Made by a program: the position numbers and the translations under genes. The notes beneath the pieces were generated by a model. The model ran no database searches and had not been told where the DNA came from. It saw only the letters and a list, made by a program, of their open reading frames with translations. A stretch of 64,000 nt of DNA from Trueperaceae bacterium (lineage in GTDB: Bacteria > Deinococcota > Deinococci > Deinococcales > Trueperaceae). Shown piece after piece: positions 1 to 9,206 of the stretch (position 1 is its first letter; each line of letters opens with the position of its first letter). The stretch lies in NCBI GenBank assembly GCA_965213925.1, contig OZ243927.1, positions 2,304,001-2,368,000 of the forward strand, in the 5' to 3' direction.

Positions 1-11
1 AACTGCGAACC

Positions 12-473
12 ATGCCACCTGCTGGACACGAACACGGCTCCATCGCCATGACCTTTGGAGCGTTTCTAATGACCTACGTTCGAACAAAGGAATTAGGGCG
101 TGTTTACGCTGCTGAAACGGGCTTTATCATCGCTACTGAACCCGACACAGTTTTGGCTCCCGACGTTGCTTTCGTGTCCACTCAACGCTTGCAGCTTATC
201 AGCAGAAGAGAAGGCTACTTTCCTAGCGTCCCTGATCTCGCTGTGGAGGTTGTCTCTCCAAATGATCGCTACAGCGAGGTGGAGGAAAAAGTGAGGTTAT
301 GGCTTCAGTATGGTACGCGCATGGTCATCATCGTCGACCCGCGCACCGAAACGCTCAAAGTCTACCGCAGCCCTAGCGACGTGCAAATTCTGACGAGAGA
401 AGACACTTTAGAGGGCGGCGACATCGTCCCCGGTTGGACACTTTCTTTAGCTGAGCTGTTTGCTAACCTTTAA
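12..473 (+). CDS. Uma2/DUF820 family endonuclease-like protein (5' end probably outside window)
   Basis: PDVAFV, PDLAVEVVSP and EEKVRLWLQYG motifs of Uma2; frame is open to the window start. Confidence 0.85.
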   Translation: MPPAGHEHGSIAMTFGAFLMTYVRTKELGRVYAAETGFIIATEPDTVLAPDVAFVSTQRLQLISRREGYFPSVPDLAVEVVSPNDRYSEVEEKVRLWLQYGTRMVIIVDPRTETLKVYRSPSDVQILTREDTLEGGDIVPGWTLSLAELFANL

Positions 474-475
474 GC

Positions 476-853
476 ATGGAACAGAAAAACGTTTACGGCG
501 AACCCTTAAAACCCTGTAGCCATGACCCGGTCACCGGCTTTTACCGCACGGGCGGCTGCGAAACCGGACCGGAAGACGCGGGCGTCCACGTCGTGTGCGC
601 CGAGGTAAGCCAGGAATTTTTGGAGTACAGCAAGTCGCGCGGCAACGACCTCATGACGCCGCGCCCCGAGTTCGGCTTTGCGGGGCTCCAACCTGGCGAC
701 CGCTGGTGTTTATGCGTGGACAGGTGGAAAGAGGCGTTAGACGCGGGCGTTGCGCCGAGCGTCATTTTAGAGGCGACGCATGAGAAGGCGCTTAGGGTAG
801 TAGGGTTAGAGGTGTTGGAGGAACACAAAGTCAACTCTGTTGCAAAAGATTGA
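476..853 (+). CDS. DUF2237 family protein
   Basis: NVYGEPLKPCS..PVTGFYRTGGC, HVVCA and GDRWCLC signature. Confidence 0.9.
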   Translation: MEQKNVYGEPLKPCSHDPVTGFYRTGGCETGPEDAGVHVVCAEVSQEFLEYSKSRGNDLMTPRPEFGFAGLQPGDRWCLCVDRWKEALDAGVAPSVILEATHEKALRVVGLEVLEEHKVNSVAKD

Positions 854-1015
854 AGCGCGCTAAAACATCCCCTCCCGCTTCTCCTCTTCGTAAAGCCTTT
901 CACCCACAAACGACTTGAGCAGCATCTGATAGCCCATTCCCTTCTTGCGGGCGAGCCTTTTAAGCCGCGTAAGCGTGTCTTGCTCGAGCCCCTTACAAAA
1001 TCCTGACTCAAACCC

Positions 1016-1048
1016 GTAAGAATCTCGTCAGAGGCTCTGTACTAAACT
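1016..1048 (+). promoter_or_regulatory. Candidate activator-dependent promoter: GTAAG-N6-GTCAG-N11-TAAACT
   Basis: 11-bp-period direct repeat in place of a -35; same spacing at 43213-43181 on the minus strand. Confidence 0.5.
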
Positions 1049-1054
1049 CTTTTC

Positions 1055-1144
1055 AGGTAAGCGCGAACGACATCAACACCATCCCCTTGACGCGCTTACC
1101 GCTCTCTCCCTCCTTGCCCCGCCGCCCAAGCGGGGTCTTTTTTT
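1055..1144 (+). ncRNA. Candidate ~90-nt small RNA
   Basis: Perfect 10-bp stem 1056-1065/1091-1100, C/U-rich linker CTCTCTCCCTCCTT, terminator; starts about 6 nt after a -10 box. Confidence 0.55.
1116..1144 (+). terminator. Rho-independent terminator
   Basis: GCCCCGC/GCGGGGT stem followed by C and T7. Confidence 0.8.
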
Positions 1145-1149
1145 GTCTG

Positions 1150-1917
1150 CTACGCTTCACGCTCGAACCCAGTCAGCCTCTCCAAACACGTCGCCACCTC
1201 ACCTGGATAACGCGGCGACCACCAGAGCAGGAGCCCGTCCAGGTCGCCTTTTCGCATGTGTTCACTCACCCGCTGCAAACACGCCGCGCCCGCCTCCGCC
1301 GTGACGCCGTTGCGCGAGGCGGGGTCTAGGCTGATCTGCACGGAGATAGGGTGGCGCGCCTCAAGGACCCGGCGCTGTTCTACTAACCTCTCTAGCGCTT
1401 CGGTAAAAACAGCCGGATCTTTTTTGCAGTAGGTCTGCGTCTGCACAAAAAGCGCGTCCACTTCCGCGCCCAAAGAGGCGTAGTCCCAGCCGTGCTTAAA
1501 GAGGTAACGCTGATAGAGAGGTCGCCCCGTCGGTTTACCGAGGGCGCTCAGGTTTCTGGCGTGCGCAAGCGCTCTCACGGTGGCGAAGTGGCGCAAGGTG
1601 TCCGCGAACGTCCAGGTGAATTCGGGCGCGTTGCTGAAATTCGGCTCGTAGATGTAGACCACGCCTCCTACAGGCGGGCTGACATGGGCGGCGAGGCTGC
1701 GGATGTGCTCTAACCCGGCTGTCGCCGCGAGCAGGGTACTTCGGGGAAAATGCGTTTCTAAGCGCTCGGCTGAGCGGTTCACCCAGGCGACGTCGAGGGG
1801 TTTATTCATGTTGCCCGAGACCAGCATGAAGGTGACGTCTGGGGGGATATGCTGAGCGAGCGGCCCTGTGGCAGCCTCGAGCCCCCGCGCGTTATAGATG
1901 GGTAAGGTGAGTCTCAT
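1150..1917 (-). CDS. Hypothetical protein (255 aa)
   Basis: Long ATG ORF with protein-like composition; no family recognised. Confidence 0.65.
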   Translation of the reverse strand: MRLTLPIYNARGLEAATGPLAQHIPPDVTFMLVSGNMNKPLDVAWVNRSAERLETHFPRSTLLAATAGLEHIRSLAAHVSPPVGGVVYIYEPNFSNAPEFTWTFADTLRHFATVRALAHARNLSALGKPTGRPLYQRYLFKHGWDYASLGAEVDALFVQTQTYCKKDPAVFTEALERLVEQRRVLEARHPISVQISLDPASRNGVTAEAGAACLQRVSEHMRKGDLDGLLLWWSPRYPGEVATCLERLTGFEREA

Positions 1918-1968
1918 CGCTTAACAGCGTGACGCTCGAGAGCCCGACTTAGCCATGTGCCGCGTCCG

Positions 1969-2202
1969 CTAGCCTTTACGCGACCTCTTGGCCGCGTCCT
2001 CTTTTTCCTTCTGCCGCTTGAAACGCGCCACCTCGCGCTCTTTGGCTTTGAGCTTACGGAGCAGTTCTTCGCGCCGCTCCACGTCCTCGTCGTAGCGGCG
2101 AATAATCCACACGCTCATCCAGATAAGGAGCGCGATCGGCACGACGATGATCCAGAAAATCCAGAAGACGTCCCAGAAGCTCAGTGAGAGTAGGAAGTCC
2201 AT
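1969..2202 (-). CDS. Small single-pass membrane protein with charged tail
   Basis: Hydrophobic N-terminus followed by a K/E/R-rich helix. Confidence 0.6.
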   Translation of the reverse strand: MDFLLSLSFWDVFWIFWIIVVPIALLIWMSVWIIRRYDEDVERREELLRKLKAKEREVARFKRQKEKEDAAKRSRKG

Positions 2203-2438
2203 CAGGTGTACCGCCCTCTACATCGTCTTGCGAAGAGGACGAGGGGCGTCGGGTGACTTTGGCACGTCGGTCTCAGTAACACCCGTTCATCTTATCGCTA
2301 ACGCGCATGTAGGGCGTGAATGCGGGCACAAAGCTATGCTTGTGAGTAACTCAGGGGTAACGGCATAGTTGGGGCGGACTCCTTGCGGTGAAGTTGTAGA
2401 TACATGCTGTTCAGACGAGCGTTCTCGAGGCTGCGAGG

Positions 2439-3665
2439 TTGGAGATGGATGAGAAAGAGGTGCGAACGGACATTGTCATCGTAGACGCCGAGCGGCGGGC
2501 GGTGCGTTTGGAAGGGGTCGCGCTCACTGGGGTGAACACATTGCCCAGGGCACTTCGCGCCGCAGTGCGCGAGCGGCTACGCTTAGACGCCGTGCTGCTT
2601 CATGACGGCGGCTTGTCTCTCGGCGAACCGCACGCACCCGTACTCATGGAAGCGTCCGAGCGCTTACCCGCGGACACGACCTCTTGGCGGCAGCCTGCGC
2701 ACGCGAGACCCTGGCAGCAGCTTGGCTGGTTCGCTCAGGCGACGCGGTGGTTGGAGCAAAATCTCAGGGCGCGAGGTGAATACTTGCAAGGCGACGTTCG
2801 GCAGGTCAGTCTCAGCGACCTCGTTTGCGTTTTATACGTGAACACGGACAGAGGTGGCGTCTACTTCAAAGCGAGCGAGACGGCTTTCGAAGCTGTTGTG
2901 ACCTCCTATCTCGCTAATACCTACCCCGACCTCACGCCCAAGGTGCTCGTCCACGACGACGCAAGGGGTTGGCTCGTAACGAGAGACGGCGGAGCGCGTT
3001 TGAGCGCGTCGGCGAGGTTGCAGGACTGGACTGACGCGCTCGAGAAACTCGCCCGTTTTCAGCGTGCTAGCGGTCGAGTCGGGGTCGAAGGCGCGTTCGG
3101 GCACTTAGGGTGTGCGGTCTATCCGTTCGCCGAGCTTTTCGAGCAGGCGAGCGCGTTTTTTGACGACGAGGAGACCTTGGCAGCTTGGGGCTTGCGCGAG
3201 GAGCAGCTCGGGAGGCTCAAGCACCTCTTGCCCACCTTGCGAGACGCGCATAGACGTGTGCAGGCGCTCGAGCTTCCCCTCGCTCGCGCGCACGGCGACG
3301 CTCAACCGATGAATGCTCTTTACAGAAATGCGCGCTGGTTCGATTGGAGCGAGGCGAGTGTGGCACATCCCTTCACCGATGTCGGTTGGTGTCTGGCGTG
3401 GACGCTCAATCCTGCTCGTAAGCTGCCCCTCTTGCGCGCTTACCCGGATGCTCCGGCTCGGTTATGGCGTAATTACCTCCGTGCTCTGGGCGTGCACGGT
3501 GTGAGTCATCTCGACGTAGACGCCCTCAGACGAGACGCGATGAGGTTAGCGCTCGCGCACCGCGCTTTGGTGTGTCACAGAGAATATGCCGACTTCAAGA
3601 GCACAGTTTCGGGTTGGCGACCGCAGTACGTCCCCTACTACTTGAAGCTTTTACTGAGCGTTTAA
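2439..3665 (+). CDS. Aminoglycoside phosphotransferase-like kinase
   Basis: VYFKA, HGDAQPMN and FDWSEA..HPFTD motifs; start may be ATG at 2445. Confidence 0.8.
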   Translation: MEMDEKEVRTDIVIVDAERRAVRLEGVALTGVNTLPRALRAAVRERLRLDAVLLHDGGLSLGEPHAPVLMEASERLPADTTSWRQPAHARPWQQLGWFAQATRWLEQNLRARGEYLQGDVRQVSLSDLVCVLYVNTDRGGVYFKASETAFEAVVTSYLANTYPDLTPKVLVHDDARGWLVTRDGGARLSASARLQDWTDALEKLARFQRASGRVGVEGAFGHLGCAVYPFAELFEQASAFFDDEETLAAWGLREEQLGRLKHLLPTLRDAHRRVQALELPLARAHGDAQPMNALYRNARWFDWSEASVAHPFTDVGWCLAWTLNPARKLPLLRAYPDAPARLWRNYLRALGVHGVSHLDVDALRRDAMRLALAHRALVCHREYADFKSTVSGWRPQYVPYYLKLLLSV

Positions 3666-3749
3666 GACTCTGGTCCCAAATAGGTCTAGTTCGGGCGCTT
3701 CTGTGACGCTTTCGCCTCCAGCGCTTTTAGCCTCGTCTATGCTAGTTTC

Positions 3750-4112
3750 ATGCACCTTCACGCCGACTACCTCCTCCGCATCCGTCAGAGCGTCTTGCTT
3801 AGGGCTAAAGTGCTGAGGCTCGAGCTGTACTTCCCCGAGCCGCGCCGAGGCAGCGATCACCTACTCATCGCCTTAAACGGCAGCAAAGAGAACGTTTTGC
3901 GAATCCCCAACTACCTCTTCGACACCTTCGACAAGATCGACGTCGAACTCATCCGCAGCGAGGAGTCGGACGACATATACCGCATCCTCATCGCCGTGAC
4001 CAAAAAGCTCGACGCGCAACCTGCGACCCCTTCTGAGCAGCGGCGTAAATTGAAGCGGCGCGTGTGGCGCGAAGCCGACCTCAAAAACCCGACACACCGC
4101 CTCAATGTATAA
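3750..4112 (+). CDS. Hypothetical protein
   Basis: ATG ORF with host-like codon usage; no family recognised. Confidence 0.5.
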   Translation: MHLHADYLLRIRQSVLLRAKVLRLELYFPEPRRGSDHLLIALNGSKENVLRIPNYLFDTFDKIDVELIRSEESDDIYRILIAVTKKLDAQPATPSEQRRKLKRRVWREADLKNPTHRLNV

Positions 4113-4177
4113 CTAAGTGCAACTATGAAAATTCTTACAAAAACGCGTCTCTGACGGGCTTTGTGTTAGATTGAGTC

Positions 4178-5059
4178 ATGGCAGATATCAGCATTTTAGG
4201 CATCCCGATGGACCTCGGCGCGGGGCGGCGCGGCGTGGATATGGGCCCAAGCGCGATCCGTCTAGCAGGACTAGAGGCGCGCTTGGAACGCTTGGGATAT
4301 AGCGTGCAGGATAAGGGCAACATCGAGGTCCCCGTCGCTGAGGCGCTGCAGAATAAGAACGGACTGCACTACGCGGACTCCATTCGTGAAACTTGCGCCG
4401 CCGTCTACAGAGAACTTCGCGGCGTATCCAAAGAGAGCTTCCCTATCGCGTTGGGTGGCGACCACTCCGTCTCGATGGGGACCGTGGCGGGCGTCGCGCA
4501 AGAGGGTCGCACGGGCGTCCTTTGGATCGACGCCCACGCCGACCTCAACACGCCCGCCACGAGTCCGAGCGGCAACGTTCACGGGATGCCGCTGGCGCAC
4601 CTTTTGGGTCACGGCGACGAGCGCTTCTTAAAGCTGTGGGGCGGCGGCGCGGTGCTGCGCCCCGAAGACGTCGTTTTTATCGGGCTGCGCAGCTTGGACC
4701 CGGCCGAGCGCCGCTTGATCCGCGAACACGGCATCAAGGCGTATACCATGAAAGAGGTCGACGGGCGCGGCGTCGCGGAAATCGCGGCGGAGGCGCTGGC
4801 GCACCTGCAAACGGAGCGCCTGCACGTCTCCTTCGACGCCGACGTGTTGGAGCCCAGCCTCGCCCCCGGCGTCGGCACGCCCGTCCCCGGCGGGCTCACC
4901 TACCGCGAAGCGCACCTGCTCATGGAACTTCTGGCGGACACCGAGAGGGTCACGAGCCTCGACCTAGTGGAGGTCAATCCGATTTTGGACGTCAAAAATG
5001 AGACAGGGCGCATCATGGTGGAGATGGCGTCCAGCCTGCTGGGGCAAGCGATTCTTTAG
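4178..5059 (+). CDS. rocF: Arginase
   Basis: GGDHS, DAHADLNTP, SGNVHGMP and SFDADVL motifs; leaderless-type TAGATT-N5-ATG start. Confidence 0.95.
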   Translation: MADISILGIPMDLGAGRRGVDMGPSAIRLAGLEARLERLGYSVQDKGNIEVPVAEALQNKNGLHYADSIRETCAAVYRELRGVSKESFPIALGGDHSVSMGTVAGVAQEGRTGVLWIDAHADLNTPATSPSGNVHGMPLAHLLGHGDERFLKLWGGGAVLRPEDVVFIGLRSLDPAERRLIREHGIKAYTMKEVDGRGVAEIAAEALAHLQTERLHVSFDADVLEPSLAPGVGTPVPGGLTYREAHLLMELLADTERVTSLDLVEVNPILDVKNETGRIMVEMASSLLGQAIL

Positions 5060-5163
5060 AAGGTAAGAATAAAATACCTCAGTACATTGTTAACCTAAGT
5101 TCGGAGTTTCCAAATAGCATAAGCATCTCCTAGAATGAGGGTGTTGAAGGCTCAAAAAAGGAG

Positions 5164-6070
5164 ATGCTTAGGACGAGTTTACTAGAATTGTTCTGCGAGG
5201 TGGATGACTTCTGCAGAGGCTTCGCGCTCTGGGCACATAAACAGCAGCTTGCTGAGAGTAGAAAGCGTGGTCCTAAGTGCCGCTTGAGCGTAAGCGAAGT
5301 GATGACGATCATGATTCACTTTCACAGTTCAGGCTACCGAGACTTCAAGAGCCACTACCAGAAACACGTGTGCAAGCAGCTTAAAGGTGAGTTTCCAGCA
5401 CTGGTATCGTACTCGCGCTTTGTAGAACTGACCTCAGAGGTTTTGCTGCCGCTTTGCGCCTATCTGCGAGCGAGTATAGGTGAAGTAACAGGTATCAGCT
5501 TTGTAGATAGCACGCATGTGGCAGTGCGCCACAACAAACGTATTGAACGCAACAAGGTCTTTGCAGGCTTAGCAGCGCGTGGCTGTACCGGCATGGGTTG
5601 GTTCTATGGTTTCGAGCTGCATCTCATCATCAACGATAAGGGTGAACTGCTCGCCGTCTATCTAACGCCTGGCGATACGGATGATCGCAAGCCGCTCGGT
5701 GTACTTACGCAAAACCTGTTCGGTAAGCTTTTCGGTGACAAGGGTTATCTCTCACAAGACCTCTTCGAAAAGTTCTTTGAGCAAGGCATAGAACTCATCA
5801 CGACCATCCGCAAGAACATGAAAAGCGCGCTGAAGCTTGAGGACAAGATTCTCCTGCGCAAGCGGTTCATCACCGTTCGTCCAGCTTGACTGGATCGAAA
5901 CGGTGAACGATCAGCTCAAGAATATCTCGCAGATTGAGCACACCAGACACCGAAAGCCTGCTAACTTTGCTGTCAATCTCATCGCTGGACTCATCGCCTA
6001 TCAGCACCAGCCCAAGAAGCCTTCGCTGAATCTGGGAGCTGACATTGACCCTCTCCCTGTCCTGATTTGA
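5164..6070 (+). pseudogene. IS982 DDE transposase frameshifted by a 22-nt insertion
   Basis: FVDST, GWFYGF, FGDKGY and IETVNDQLK motifs; deleting 5872-5893 gives one 294-aa ORF reading [14 protein letters not shown]. Confidence 0.9.
5872..5893 (+). repeat. 22-nt small dispersed repeat (ACCGTTCGTCCAGCTTGACTGG)
   Basis: 21/22 match to the reverse complement of 51280-51301; interrupted copies at 8225-8294 and 51236-51322. Confidence 0.85.
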
Positions 6071-6135
6071 CTTCGAACTTAGGTTACATGTAAGGTGATA
6101 GAATACAGCCATTCAGCCATATCCCGGAGGTCATC

Positions 6136-6393
6136 ATGTCCCTCGTTTGCATTGGAAGCAAACATCAGATTACGGTTCCCATTAAGGTGCGCAAGGAACT
6201 CGGTTTGGATGAGGGTGATTGGCTTTACGCCGAAGTGGAGGGCAACCGCATCGTGCTTACGCCTCAAGTTGTCGTGGAGCAAGTAGATATTAAAGCGGCA
6301 ATTGCCGAGGCTTTAGAGGATGCAAAAGCGGGACGGGTCTCGCCTGCCTTTAGCTCGTCGGAAGAGTTGCAGGCCTAGCTCGACGAAGAGTAA
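6136..6393 (+). CDS. AbrB/MazE-family antitoxin; orphan, with a probable premature TAG at 6376-6378
   Basis: QITVPIKVRKELGLDEGD motif; LDEE-TAA follows the TAG in frame; no toxin gene downstream. Confidence 0.7.
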
Positions 6394-6437
6394 GCGTTTA
6401 TACAGGTTGCACTAGACAGAGCCAAGTCAGCTTTCAG

Positions 6438-7039
6438 TTAATCACGGTCAACATAAGCAAAAATTTCAACTTCAGCGTCTTCGTTTCCAACACCAACCAC
6501 GAACTTCTTGTCGGGAAAGAGGTCAGCTAACTTCCGCCGCCACATTGTCTCGATTTCTCTTGCGATAGAAACGACGACTTCCTGCGGAATATCGTTGTAG
6601 TCAGGGTCGTTCAGGCAAAAATCATCCAAATGTATATGGTTGTAGAGGTATTCAATGCTTGCGAGAGGTCGTCCTTCTTGCTTAAATCTGGCGATAATAT
6701 CCTCGAGGTTTTCCGGTATCCCTCCTTCGCGTAAGATGAGTCCATCTATCTCCACAAACTCAGGACTGAAAAGCTCGAGATATAAGACCATCTGATCGTA
6801 TCTTGCGTAATAAAGCAATTAACATAAACACTGAGCTTGAATCACGCAAGTATCATTCCTTAAAGTGCGTGCTAAACCGCGTTCTCTCTTCTCAGGTTGG
6901 CTCAAACCAAATGATACTTGCTATAGCTCCGATACGACGTTAAACGCTCTTCAATAGATTTAGTAGAAGAGTCATTAGCGACGTACCAACTCTCGAAAGC
7001 AGGAAGCTCCTCAAGAAGTTTGAGTTTTCTATCTGTCAT
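6438..7039 (-). pseudogene. Hypothetical protein (162 aa when restored) disrupted by a MITE
   Basis: Removing 6813-6923 plus one TA joins MTDRKLK...SYRS to YYARYDQ in frame. Confidence 0.8.
6813..6923 (-). mobile_element. 111-bp MITE, copy 1
   Basis: TA at 6811-6812 and 6924-6925; colinear with 10750-10860 and 17059-17169. Confidence 0.88.
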
Positions 7040-7051
7040 TGAGCTGAAAAG

Positions 7052-8056
7052 TTAAAGCGCCCCTTGTGCGTGCAAATACTCCCCAATCTGCACTGCGTTC
7101 AAAGCCGCCCCTTTACGAATCTGGTCGCCCGAAACGAAGAGCGCAATCCCGCCGGGGTTGCTCACGTCTTCGCGAATCCGCCCGACGAGCACCTCATCAC
7201 GCTCGCTCGCCTCTAAGGGCATCGGGAAGTGGTTGTTCGCGCGGTCGTCCACGACCTTGAGACCGGGGGCGCGGCACAAGACCTCTCTCGCTTCCTCCTC
7301 GCTCACAGGGCGCGAGAACTCCGCGTGAATCGCTTCGCTGTGGGCGCGAAAGACGGGCACGCGCACGCAGGTGGCGCTGATGCGAAGGTCACTGTGAGAG
7401 AGGATTTTCTGGGACTCGAGCGTCAGCTTGCGCTCTTCGACGTTGTAACCGTCTTCGCCTACGTCACTGTCGTGCGAGAAGAGGTTAAAAGCGATAGGGT
7501 GCTGAAACTTTTCAGGCGCGACCGCTTCGCCTGCTAGCGCACCTCTTGTCTGCGACTCCAACTCGTCGAAGCCCGCCGCCCCTGCGCCCGAAACGGCTTG
7601 GTAGGTGGCGACGGTCGCCCGCTCGAGCCCGAACGCGCGGTGAAGCGGCGCGAGCGCCATCAGCGCGATGATAGTCGAGCAGTTCGGGTTGGCGATGACG
7701 CCCTGGTGCTTCAAGGCGGCGTCGCCGTTGATTTCAGGGATGACTAGGGGTGCACGTTCATCCATGCGCCACGCGCTGGTGTTGTCGATCACCACTGCGC
7801 CGTGCTGCGCCCAGTTCCAGGCGTGCGCTTTCGAGATGCTGCCGCCCGCTGAGGAGAAGACCACGTCCGCGTCTAAGTTGCCATCTTCGGGTAGCGCCTG
7901 CACCGTTACCTCTCGCCCCGCGAACGTCACCGTTTTCCCTGCCGAACGCGGCGAAGCGTAAAGCTTCAGCTCCGTGATCGGAAAGCTCCGCTCGGCTAAA
8001 AGGTTCAAAAACTCCTGTCCAACGGCTCCGGTGGCTCCGGCAATGGCTACGCGCAT
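7052..8056 (-). CDS. asd: Aspartate-semialdehyde dehydrogenase
   Basis: GATGAVG, ANPNCST, CVRVPV..HSE and KGAALNAVQI motifs; AAGGAG RBS before ATG 8056. Confidence 0.95.
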   Translation of the reverse strand: MRVAIAGATGAVGQEFLNLLAERSFPITELKLYASPRSAGKTVTFAGREVTVQALPEDGNLDADVVFSSAGGSISKAHAWNWAQHGAVVIDNTSAWRMDERAPLVIPEINGDAALKHQGVIANPNCSTIIALMALAPLHRAFGLERATVATYQAVSGAGAAGFDELESQTRGALAGEAVAPEKFQHPIAFNLFSHDSDVGEDGYNVEERKLTLESQKILSHSDLRISATCVRVPVFRAHSEAIHAEFSRPVSEEEAREVLCRAPGLKVVDDRANNHFPMPLEASERDEVLVGRIREDVSNPGGIALFVSGDQIRKGAALNAVQIGEYLHAQGAL

Positions 8057-8161
8057 ACAGTCTCTCCTTACTTCAACTCGTGAGCGGAAAAGGTCCGCAG
8101 GTTCAGCATAAACTATCACGGGGTTGCGTATCTGCGTTGGGGTATCCTTCATGCTGTATGA

Positions 8162-8318
8162 GAAGAGCAATGAGCAACGAGCAATGAGTTGAAAGTAAAA
8201 ATCTTTGATTTTAACTCACTGCTCACCGTTTCGCGTCTGCGAAAACTTCGTAATCGTTCACTACGTGAGGACTTACGTACACCAGCTCGACTGGGTTGCT
8301 TTCAACTCATTGCTTCTT
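8162..8318. repeat. Palindromic GAGCAAT-heptamer repeat with a nested insertion (8225-8294)
   Basis: Arms GAGCAATGAGTTGAAAG / CTTTCAACTCATTGCT; homologous to 51213-51396. Confidence 0.85.
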
Positions 8319-8367
8319 AGTGGAGGTAACCTCCCATCAAAACTCCTCTTACTCTGAAAGGATTACC

Positions 8368-8922
8368 ATGAAACGCATCGCTATTGACATGGACGAGGTC
8401 ACCGCCGACACCTTCGGCGGACGGGTTAAAAGTTACAACGAGGCTTTCGGCACCTCTTTAGAGCCGGGTGATTTTACGGGTAAAAGCGTCTTTGATGTCA
8501 TTCCTGAAGCGCGCCGCGATGTGATGAAAGTGCACATGCGCGAGCCCGGCTTTTTCACCTCTTTGGGCGTGATGGAAGACGCGCCAGAGGTCATCCGTGA
8601 GCTTACGGAGCACTACGAGGTCTTTATCGTCACGGCGGCGATGGAGGTGCCCACCTCGTTTCACGAGAAATACATCTGGCTGCGCACGCACTTTCCCTTT
8701 CTCGAGCCGATGAACTACGTCTTTTGCGGTCACAAGTACGTCATTAGAGCGGACTACCTGATTGACGACCACGCGCGGCATTTTGAGACCTTTTCGGGCG
8801 AGGGTATCCTCTTCGACGCACCGCATAATGCAGCGGCAGACGTGGACAAAGAGGACTATAGGCGCGTCCATTCATGGGCAGAGGTGCGCGAACTGTTTAT
8901 AAACGAGCTGCGAGCGAGTTAG
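8368..8922 (+). CDS. 5'(3')-deoxyribonucleotidase (NT5C, HAD family)
   Basis: IAIDMDEV, EKYIWLRTHFPF and DYLIDD motifs. Confidence 0.9.
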   Translation: MKRIAIDMDEVTADTFGGRVKSYNEAFGTSLEPGDFTGKSVFDVIPEARRDVMKVHMREPGFFTSLGVMEDAPEVIRELTEHYEVFIVTAAMEVPTSFHEKYIWLRTHFPFLEPMNYVFCGHKYVIRADYLIDDHARHFETFSGEGILFDAPHNAAADVDKEDYRRVHSWAEVRELFINELRAS

Positions 8923-8930
8923 AGTAGCGT

Positions 8931-9194
8931 ATGGCGAACGATTGGATAGATTGGGGGAAGCTCGAGCAGACCATCCCCCTAGACGACCTGCCCCGCTTCC
9001 ACCGCGAGTTTTTGAAGCTCACGCGACCCGAGGGAGATTGGGACGCGGCTCCCTTACGGCAGATTCAAGGCAAGGTGCAGGCGAGCTTGAAGAGGTTGGA
9101 GCGTGAGGGCAAAGCGAAGACGGAAGGGGATGCGCTCTTCGTGATGAAAGAGGTCATTCCCGAGGATTTTCAGCACTACACCGATGAACTTTAA
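8931..9194 (+). CDS. Small hypothetical protein
   Basis: ATG ORF tightly packed in an operon. Confidence 0.7.
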   Translation: MANDWIDWGKLEQTIPLDDLPRFHREFLKLTRPEGDWDAAPLRQIQGKVQASLKRLEREGKAKTEGDALFVMKEVIPEDFQHYTDEL

Positions 9195-9206
9195 CCTCTT
9201 GCGGCT

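Larger units (their letters stand above)
5093..6084 (+). mobile_element. IS982-family insertion sequence (inactivated)
   Basis: Terminal IRs ACCTAAGTTCGGAGT / ACTTCGAACTTAGGT; about 1 kb; flanks TACATTGTTA and TACATGTAA are only an imperfect duplication. Confidence 0.88.

Noticed and set aside
4114..4127. 14-nt match to the reverse complement of 29892-29905
   Set aside because: A match this short is expected by chance in 64 kb and lacks flanking similarity
4393..5001. Long alternative-frame and antisense ORFs here and over infB, nusA, the RTX gene, malQ and valS
   Set aside because: Shadow ORFs of GC-rich genes with no recognisable motifs
5866..5908. IS982 insert explained as a local template-switch inverted duplication
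   Set aside because: It can partly pair with downstream sequence, but the same 22-mer occurs at unrelated loci; the pairing may instead reflect target choice
5837..6070. Programmed frameshift producing the transposase
   Set aside because: No slippery site at the junction; a discrete insertion explains the shift
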